64,000 nt of DNA from Daphnia carinata (taxonomy: Eukaryota): positions 1,922,001 to 1,986,000 of the forward strand of contig NC_081332.1 of NCBI RefSeq assembly GCF_022539665.2. The letters run 5' to 3'. Both the position numbers and the translations under genes were made by a program. The notes below the pieces were generated by a model. It worked only from the letters and a program-made list of their open reading frames with translations, searched no databases and was not told the origin of the DNA. Shown one piece after another: positions 52,749-64,000 of this stretch. Each line of letters opens with the position of its first letter. Position 1 is the first letter of the stretch.

Positions 52749-53248
52749 CGCCCGTCGCTTCGTCTTCGCCTCGCCCTCGCCTCGCCCGTCGCTTCGTCTT
52801 CGCCTCGCCTCGCCCGTCGCTTCGTCTTCGCCTCGCCTCGCCCGTCGCTTCGTCTTCGCCTCGCCTCGCCCGTCGCTTCGTCTTCGCCTCGCCTCGCCCG
52901 TCGCTTCGTCTTCGCCTCGCCTCGCCCGTCGCTTCGTCTTCGCCTCGCCTCGCCCGTCGCTTCGTCTTCGCCTCGCCCGTCGCTTCGTCTTCGCCTCGCC
53001 CGTCGCTTCGTCTTCGCCTCGCCCGTCGCTTCGTCTTCGCCTCGCCCGTCGCTTCGTCTTCGCCTCGCCCGTCGCTTCGTCTTCGCCTCGCCCGCCTCGC
53101 CCGTCGCTTCGTCTTCGCCTCGCCCTCGCCTCGCCCGTCGCTTCGTCTTCGCCTCGCCCGTCGCTTCGTCTTCGCCTCGCCCGTCGCTTCGTCTTCGCCT
53201 CGCCCGTCGCTTCGTCTTCGCCTCGCCCGTCGCTTCGTCTTCGCCTCG
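52749..53248. repeat. GC-rich minisatellite: 23-nt unit CGCCCGTCGCTTCGTCTTCGCCT and a 28-nt variant (+CGCCT)
   Basis: About 20 tandem units read directly. There is no A on the plus strand across the array. Confidence 0.97.
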
Positions 53249-54842
53249 TAGTTGCCCTGTCATCAATTCGCCGTCGGGGTATCGTTGTATTTTGTTTTTT
53301 TATCTGTATTGTAAGTTAACCCGTTGGCTGCCACCCATTTTTCTCCCCTTTTTTTTGTTAGCTTGTAGGGACGGGCCGCGCTGCTCTACTCCATGGTCTA
53401 TGTGCCGTGGGGTGGAGCAGTCGCAACTGCCCAAGATTCGCCGTAAGGCGTTCAGGCAATGCACCTTAGGGATTCCCCTTGTTCGATGCGGTGGTGTTTA
53501 CCTGAGGGTGTGCATTCCCCGTAAAGGTTTTCATCATCGTATCAGCCCGGACTTGTCTTTGGACAAGTCCCTTTTTCGTCAAGGATCCTTCAGACATGGC
53601 GCGTAGTATAGTAGAAGCGCAACCTAAGGGTTGTATATATGGCGTGGCAGCCAACGGGTAAACTAAGTGTATGTATGTATGTATGTATTGTAATGTATGT
53701 TGTGTTAAATGTAAAACAGTGGAGGAATTGTGGGTGGATGGCGGGACAAATAAAAAGCAATTCTTTCTACTTATGTGTTTGGACTTGTTTATTTTTAAAA
53801 GTTAAACTTATACATAGAATATTAATTAAGACTAGGACGTTCAACATTGCAAAAGTTTGTTACACTCGGCTACCACTTCCAATCTTGAAATAATTTATCA
53901 AATTATAGAACAATTGGAGAAATGACTTCTCATAGCCAACATATGCACAGTTTAACACTTTACGAAGATAGAATGTGACTAAAATTACCAAGCACTCTAT
54001 CTACAGCTAGGATAACGGAATTTTCCCAAACAAACGTATGAAAAATCAACAATACTCACCAAAAATCGTATATTTTATTTGGCAAACTAGAACCCAATTG
54101 AGCATGTGGTTATTTCAGTTGAGCAACAATCTCATCATCTTTGTCCAGATTGCAGTAATCAAAATCCAACCGTTGGTTATCTAACATTTTAAAATGTCAT
54201 TAAAAAAAACTATCAGTTAGCTCACCATCAGCTGAACTTCACTAGATTTCTGCTATGTTCAACTGAGTCGTACTATCTTCCAAGAGACCTTCTCAGTTGT
54301 AACCATCTCTAATAACACCAAGAAGGAAGTCAAACCATTGCAGGGGACCACCATGTAAGATGTAGTAGACATCAGGAGTTTTTTCCTAAAGAGAATATTT
54401 ACTGTTATTTCAATTTCTAGGACATATTTATCTGTGATAGCAAAATTTCAGAATCCTACACACAATAAACAAGATTACACATCAATCCTCAGATCACTAA
54501 GGAATTGGATCAGCAATTTGGATGCAAATTCTATGCACAAATGGGTTTCGTAGGCTCTCAACCATGAACCCATTATGACGACCTTCTCCAACGGAACACC
54601 ATGCTGAAATGAACTAGTCTTTACTGAACTAGGAAGCTCTCAAATAGTTGAAAATTCGTTCACTAGATGTCTCTTTACCAGATGAATGTGGCAATCCGTT
54701 TTACCCTCCCCAAAAAATATATAACCTTTTTTCTGTTTTACTGCTATAGCCATCTAACGGTCAGATTTCTAGTTAATTCTCTACATACATTGACCTAATA
54801 TTTCTGCTGCGTCGCGCTGCTCCTAATATGGTGTGTTTGCAA

Positions 54843-55192
54843 CATGGCCTACTATAATAACGGCCAGCAAGCGCTCAATACCCCCTGCGCCTAAAACTGA
54901 ATTGCCAGAGGGGCCTAATACCTCAAATCGAAGTCCACTTTCTACAGCTTCATCCCACCCATTCCTATTTCTTTTACTTTTTCCACTGATTGGCAATGGT
55001 GGAGAGGTACTAATGTCGTAGTACCTCAAACAGAATTGCACTTTCCACTGGTTTTTCCTCTCATTTCAATTCTGGTATTAGTTACCAAACAGTGGAAAGT
55101 GGAGCTCGGTTTGGGGTATTAGGCCCCTCTGGCAATTTAGTTTTAGGCGCAGGGGGATGCGCGCTTGCTGGCCGTTATTATAGTAGGCCATG
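54843..55192. mobile_element. 350 bp MITE with long TIRs (CATGGCCTACTATAATAACGGCCAGCAAGCGC) and an 8-bp TSD GTTTGCAA; P-element- or hAT-like
   Basis: The terminal inverted repeat is perfect for ~30 nt and imperfect to ~100 nt. GTTTGCAA is duplicated at 54835-54842 and 55193-55200. Confidence 0.88.
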
Positions 55193-57890
55193 GTTTGCAA
55201 GAATTTCCTTCAGTGAAAATGAGTAATGCCAGTAGAAACTCTTCATTTCTTCACAAAAAAGTTTGGCTTAAGAAAAAAATAAGACTTCTTTGGATTGAAA
55301 AATGGGTTTCTGTCATCTGTGAGTATACATCACTATCGAAAAAAGTATACTCTTTTTTTAAAACAATTTTTACGATTTTCTATGTAACACCAAGACATGG
55401 CACACATGGATTGGATAATATGGTTACTTGAACACTGGATTTGCAAATGCAGAACAGCTGACTTATGTTTCATATGTCAGTTGGAGATTTTCCAGGCAAA
55501 ATTTCTAGTAACTCAGCATTCGGTACCATCTTTACTATAATTTTATACAGTACCCTGCATATCTCATTAATAAAGATTTAAATCCTTTTATAGATTGACA
55601 CATCAGTGAGGAAGGTTCAGTTTAGTTTGTTATAATTTAGTTTCACCCCATCTGTCATTTGTACCAATTCTAGATATTGTCCATAACAAGTCTTCATGTT
55701 AACATTCTTGCCAGTGGTGCTGATACTTTTTTTTTATCACAACCACTTGTTTCAGCTGTTCCAAGTATAGAAGCATTACTTATGCAAATACTTAGAGAGG
55801 GCTGCCCTTTACAAAAGAAGAGCTTATCACGGTATGTTATGAAATAAATAGATTTTTAAAGAAAGAAAACTTTTAACCTCTCCTGTTCCTCATAGATGCC
55901 GTGATGGTATGTTTGCAAAACTGGAAAAAATTCTGTGCTATGGTGGCCTTAAGTATGTGCTCAACATTTTGAAAAATGTGAACAGCAAAAACAGTTGGTC
56001 AGAATTTCAAACGTCAAAAGTACTTATTTTTGGAAAATCAGTTAATCTACATCCTGATTTTCTGCTGTTCCATCAATCACTATGCAGTGTGTTTGGACAA
56101 CCTAAGCATTCTTGAATCAGACTGCTTCAGTTTATAATGAGATGTATTGCTTGTCATGCCCGGTGACCAACTTCTCAGGACTATGTTATAAGTTAGTATC
56201 ACTTTACAAAGCCAAATAAGTATAACAAAATGCAATTTTGTAAATTTTTTATAAAGAATTATTTTACTGCTTTGTTTTTTGTTGTACATTGTATAGCAAA
56301 TTTAGATTACATGCCTAGTATGAAAGAGATCAAGTGTATTACCGAAATTGGCTATCTCAATTCGCGACTTCCGAACTCATCCTCAGTCTGTCATTCTGAT
56401 GCAGGGGTCCTGAAAGAAGTTGGAACGTTTTGAACCGTCTCAGCCAATAAGTCTGTCCCTTTTTTTTGTGCCTGGAAACCCATGATTTTAACTAATTAAA
56501 ATGCCATTTATTGTGTTATTTGCATAGGTAATAGAAAATAGGTAGTCGCTTAATGATTAGTTTCTTCGCTGCCCGTCAAGTTACCATCCAAGCAAGCACT
56601 ATGTCTGTCAAACCATTAGCTGAATACAGTTAATACCAGTAGTTCACCAAAACAAGAGGTAAAGAAGGATTGCACCGATCCTTATTGAATATATATTGAT
56701 AGGCAAACGTTTAAAAATTGATTCATGTTTTATTTCTTCAAATAGATTAAAAATCATACTGAATCAAAAGAGGTATCTAGTCGAACCAAATTTCATAACG
56801 ATAATGCTTGGAAGCCCGAAGGAATTTTTGAAAAATGCTTCCTGCCCATTACCTTTAGTCGTTGCCGCGGCCCGAAAACAAAGTATTAAAATTTATATAA
56901 ATTGAAGTGCATATCTGGGCTCCCTTCTTTTCTGTGGCCCCGTTTCCCTTAAATTTTTAATAAGCCCGTAGGGGGTCATGCCCCTACTGTGATCAGCAGT
57001 AAACGGTTGTGAGTGCGCTGTCCGGAAAGGGGACGTGGGGGTCCCCATGGTTCGATGATATCATTGGAGGGCTGTGGGGCTACCCAAAAATCCGAATTAA
57101 CGGTTAATCGCTCACGTAAAAGCTTGTCCGCGACCTTCGCTCTTCTTCCGGCTTCTCTTAGCCACGCACCGGGTAATCTCCCCGGTGAGTCAACTGAGGT
57201 AGTGTCTCCCCTTACCTTGGTTGACAGCAACTTTGAAATCGGCTATTTTGCCCTTTCAAAGTTGCAAGTCTTTTAATTGTGCCGAATATTGTCAATACAA
57301 ATTCTTAAAAAAAAAATAATTTACATATCTTGTCTCTTTTATTGTCGTGCTATTGCTCTGCACTGTTTACTAATGTGAACATTTCCTTATTTATGGCGCA
57401 ATGTCATTTTATGGACGTATTTTCAATTTTTGCTGTTCCCAATTATTGGATTATATTTCGTTGTTAGACGACTTCATCGTTTATGGAACGATACACTTCA
57501 GGCTCACTTCATGGAGATTCTACCACTTTATGTGCATTAATGACATTTAATATTAACATGCATTGGAAGTGCATACTTGACATTTTAAGTCATACATATT
57601 TATTTAACTTCATTTTGACTCTCTAGGGGTTTGAACCCTTGATTTCTAGCGTGCATCGCCGATACTCAACCATAGAGCCATGAGTCTTATAAATTAGTTA
57701 ACTATTTTTCCATGTATTTTGAAGGAAACCTATTTGCACTTGTAATAATGTTGTTGTGCGTCCCAACGCAATTTAATATTTCCGTCTCGGAATGTCACCT
57801 ATAAATAGAGTACACAATAGAATGATTCATTTTTCGTACAAAGAAATATTGTCTACAGTGGGAACGGTAACTCAATCTTCTGGCACATAG

Positions 57891-57955
57891 TATCCAGACG
57901 TGACTCGAACTCTTGACTTTCGATTCCCGTAGTCAGACGCTCTACCTCAGAGCTA
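57891..57955 (-). pseudogene. Degenerate tRNA-like sequence with an Arg(ACG)-like anticodon arm; possible SINE head
   Basis: The minus strand reads TAGCTCTGAGGTAGAGCGTCTGACTACGG...GAGTTCGAGTC (A-box- and B-box-like). I found no clean acceptor stem. Confidence 0.4.
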
Positions 57956-58152
57956 TAAGTATTACGTAATTTTTTCGTAGCGTGCTAATACGCTACAGCG
58001 TAACGTAAAATAAGAAAAAGTCGGGCTTATTTTTAAACCTGACTATACATCAGATGGCCGTGCATGATAAGGGAATAATAATAGTATGTGGTATATCTTC
58101 ATGCTATGATCTATATTTACCAGGTATACCTTACCATTAGCGTGATACATAA

Positions 58153-58858
58153 TGCTAGTAGTCTCTGTTAAACGAAGTAGTGTCATAAGTATATCAATTC
58201 GCGCGATCAACCAACAGTAAAATAAAAAAACAAGCACGAAAGAAGCCACTAAACCATTTCATATATGATCAAAATGCTTAAAATGTTTGGAATATTAATG
58301 TTCATTTTTTAGTTTTTACGAAGTTGAAAAAAAAATTTACCGGAAGTGGCCGGAAGTAGACTGTATCTCCAGAAATACTGAACCCACAACAAAACGAATA
58401 TGATTTTCGTGATCCTCGTGGAATTTAAGGTGTGTCTGACCTATTTTGACCGGCTTTTGGCGAAAAGTCCAATTTGGCCAAAATCGCGATTTTTCCTGAA
58501 CTATAGTTCAGGGAAATTTGCGAATTTTGACGATTTTCGGGTATTTTCTACTGACACATGGATTCGACCCCAAATTTCACGAGGATTACGAAAATGTGGT
58601 TCTTTTTTCATTCAGACCAATAGATAGTGAGTTATTAGGCATTTTCAAACCGGAAGTTGCACTGAAAGTTAAAATTTAGAAAATTTAAAAAATGAACTAT
58701 GTTCTCCTTCACAGTTTACAAAAGATCTGCGTAGTTTCACACGTAAATTCTAGTAAATGAACATAACATGGCCTTTCAAAGTTCTTAAAGTTCAGTTTTC
58801 AGGTACGACCTGTATACCACTTCAAATCACTACCACACACGTAATAATCGAAGCAAAT
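58153..58858 (-). repeat. Inverted, diverged partial copy of the ~970 bp repeat
   Basis: Reverse complement of ~50815-51525, near-identical in the ~58450-58575 core. Confidence 0.85.
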
Positions 58859-59444
58859 GTTCTAAAACCATCCCCTTAATTTTGTAGCCACCAGAATTAA
58901 GGTGATAGTTGAACAGATATGGTTATTACCAGACAGAAGTAAATGGGTGATCCTATTCTTGCAGAATATTAGCAAATAGCAATCTTCAAGAATGTCTCTT
59001 AATAAGTTACAATAACAATTAATTGATTCACAAAGTAATAAAATCATTTAACAAACCAAGATATGTGCAAAGTACACAACAGAACACATCTGTTACTTGC
59101 AACTCCACTACTGGATATGTTTACTAATAAAGAAGAATAAGATTAACATGTTGCAAATGTAAAAGTAGTAAATTATCATCTTAATAATCAGTGCAATATT
59201 TGCACATCGATAATAGGGGTGGAGGTAAAAACAAAGAAAAACAGAAATACGATACCGTTCAGACGAGGGAAAATCAAATACATGTTGTCAACATAAAAAC
59301 AAAGTAAACAATGAGAATCATATGACAACAAAAAATTACAATAGTTCCATTTCACACGCTAGAGGCTGATGAATCTGCAGCGCCATCTAGTGGAAATACT
59401 GTTTTGCCAGGTTTTAAAATAAGCCCGACAAAATAGCCATCGAA

Positions 59445-59785
59445 CTAGCGCTGTAGCGTACTGGCGCGCTAGCATTGCGTCAAATCTTCGGTGTATTTCA
59501 AAAACAATTAACTTCACAAAAAAAAAAAGAAATTTATTCGGAATCAGCATTCAATTCTGAGTATACCCTGTGATATTCAACCAATTCCGATGAGTGTCAG
59601 TTTTTTCAGAAAAAAAAATTTAAGCCCGACTGAGAAAAGTCGGGCTTATTTAGTCGGGCTTAAAATTTTTTTCGGTCAGTGTTTGTAGAGAATTAACTAG
59701 AAATGTAACCGGTAGATGGCGATAGCAGTAAAACAGAAAAAAGGCCAATATTTTTAATTTTTAATTTGGGTAAAACGGATTACCA
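59445..59785 (+). repeat. Second copy of the right half of the 50111-50525 CACTG/CAGTG element
   Basis: CTAGCGCTGTAGCGTACTGG...; AGTCGGGCTTAAAATTTTTTTCGGTCAGTGTTTGTAGAG...GTAAAACGGATT matches 50277-50520, with an internal insertion. Confidence 0.85.
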
Positions 59786-60809
59786 TACATGAGCACCTAC
59801 TAAGATTCAATCATGGGTATCTCGCCGAAATTGTCCTATTAATGATGGAATCACAATAATCCTCAATCGCGCCTTGAAGATTTTCCCACACCAATAACCT
59901 GGACAATTATTGCATTACACATGTAATGAAATAAATGAGCCTCGCTGGTGGAAAGGAAACTAACATCCCAGATTATTACAGAGCTGTTGCAGAGCCAAAA
60001 GAACTTGCCTGTGCTGACATTGTTTATCCCAGTTAGTAAAAGCATGAGTAAGTTAGGTTTTCTTGTTTCTTTTTTTTTTTGGTTGTTTATTTTCTTATGT
60101 CCCAAGTACTTTTAACTAAAATTATCTTTGGATATTCACAATTATTTCCTAAACATCTGTGGGAGAAAACATTGAAGGTTTAGCCTCAATAAATATAAAA
60201 TAGTATATGCTTGTTACTGATGTGTTTGGTTGTAACTTGTTTTCCATATCAATGTCCAGGTACTTGGGATCTGAGGTCGTACACTCATCAGGCATGAGCC
60301 TTTTTCGTGTACTGATTGTTTACTTGAGCAACCTAGTTAGTGTTCTGCATTGACCGAGAATTTATAAAACACAACCATAAAATTCAATATTCTGAAGAAG
60401 AGTATTGCAAATTATAAATTGTACCTGGTATCAACTGGTAAAAAGTAGATTGCCAAAACAAGTTTAAAATGAATTAGGTCGATGTTTTACACAAAGCATT
60501 GTAAGCACTCTTCCAACATCACAGTTAAGTTTTTGCGTCGTGAATCCAGAACGAATCAACAATTTGGCGATATATTCATAAGAAGCTTTTTAAAGAAAAA
60601 ATTCAACTTAATCTTAAACATCCCTAAATCAGTTTACACCAAAGTAAAATTTCAACCAAGATGTAACAGGCCGTTACATTGTCCATTAACCTTCCGTCAA
60701 CTAGACTGAATGAAATGAAAAGAAAATGGCGGTTTCAAAGAAACGCCATCTATGTTCTATGACTGATGAAATGGTCTATCAAGTGGTAAGGAAGATTAGT
60801 AAATGGAAA

Positions 60810-61785
60810 TCGTTTAATAATAATATAAACCAACGAATTTAAGCGTGTGAAGCTAATAAATTCTGACTGATATCCAAATAAGGTGATGGATTTGAAATAT
60901 TTGCTTGGTTTATTACGTGTGTGCTATTGCTTTGAAATTGTATATAGGTCGTACCTGAAAGCTGAACTTTAAGAACCTTAAAAGACCATGTTATGTTTGT
61001 TTACAATAGTTTCCGTTTGAAACTACACAGATCGTGTGTTCCTTATAAAGAAGAACATAGTTCATTTTTTACATTTTCGGAATTTCAACTTCCGGTTTAA
61101 GATCCGGTTTCAAAATGCTTAATAACTCACTATCTGTTGGTCTGAACGAAAAAAGACTGTCATTTTCATAATCCTCATGAAATTTGGGGTCGAATCCATG
61201 TGTCAGTAGAAAATACCCGAAAATCGTCAAAATTCGCAAATTTTCCTGAACTATAGTTCAGGAAAAATCGCGATTTTGGCCAAATTGGACTTTTCGCCAA
61301 AAGCCGGTAAAAATAGGTCAGATATACCTAAAATTTCATAAGGATCACGAAAATCAGATTCATTTTGTTGTGGGCCCAGTATTTCTAGAGATATAGTCTA
61401 CTTCTGGTCACTTCCGGTAAATTTTGGTTTCAACTTCGCAAAAAATAAAAAAATGAACATTAATATTCTAAACATTTCAAACATTTTAATCATAAGTGAT
61501 ACGGTATGGCGGCTTTTTTTCAATGTATTTTATGCTATTTCACTACTGGTCGATCTTGCGAGTTGCTTATCTGCGATATTGCAAGCGCTTCGTCCTGCAA
61601 CTACTAGTTGATTTACTTTGTTGTTGCGCTTGAAAAAGTATAAACTTTCTGAGACTATAAAGCCCAAACAATCACAAGCGAGCAAGCAAACAAAGAATCA
61701 GCAAATTATGTATTTATTTTCTAATTAAATATTTTTTATTTGGTTCCAGAAATCAAAACTAGATGACACTGCAGTGCTCCGTTAA
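60810..61785 (+). repeat. ~970 bp dispersed repeat, copy 2, ending ~90 nt before the SelO ORF
   Basis: Direct repeat of 50727-51696. Both copies end GCTCCGTTAA. Confidence 0.9.
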
Positions 61786-61873
61786 CGTTGTTGTTGTTCT
61801 GTAGCCTATTTGCGGAAACAAATCCCGATTACTTATTAATTGTCTTAGTACGTTTATCTTTCCCATGCTTTAG

Positions 61874-63838
<1,965 letters not shown>

Positions 63839-64000
63839 AGAAAATAAAATCTTCCCTATTAACCAGTACTCCGCATTGTACGTTTCAAACTGACTGTTCA
63901 ATACATTTTCGATCAGGAAACTATTTAGTGTACACGGTAAGAGAAAAAGCAAATACAAATATTGGCGGTTACTTGTCAAAGATTATTCATTTGTGACTAA

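Noticed and set aside
52749..53248. Possible CRISPR-like array
   Set aside because: The units are head-to-tail with no unique spacers, there are no cas genes, and the context is eukaryotic.
52416..53606. 396-aa ORF and overlapping 201-aa and 174-aa ORFs
   Set aside because: They are open only because the 23/28-nt minisatellite has no stop codons. The peptide periodicity simply mirrors the repeat.

Overview
This is eukaryotic, intron-rich genomic DNA. The ~60-70 nt GT-AG introns and the gene content suggest a compact arthropod genome, probably Daphnia-like (inference). In order, the window holds: RNF170 (+); an HR78/TR2/TR4-type nuclear receptor (-) with a ~9 kb homopolymer-rich 5' region; a ~3.85 kb element bounded by ~460 bp inverted repeats that carries a disabled, intron-containing 3' half of DHX37; PSAT1 (+), for which I cannot find exon 1; WDR4 (+); ATP synthase gamma (-); an orphan type I membrane protein with an acidic dileucine tail (-); a Patched/NPC1-like SSD protein (-); two paralogous secreted Pro/Ala/Thr/Gln-rich proteins (-); a tandem array of tRNA-Arg(CCT) and intron-containing tRNA-Ile(TAT) genes with broken and chimeric copies; ACP7 (+) with an apparent 1-nt frameshift; XRCC1 (-); ~11.7 kb of nested repeats and MITEs; and a Cys-type selenoprotein O (+). 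The most unusual feature is the gene-capturing inverted-repeat element, which sits where the HR78 promoter and PSAT1 exon 1 would be expected. I see no prokaryote-type system such as CRISPR. Exon boundaries were read by eye and may be off by a few bases, and no database searches were run.
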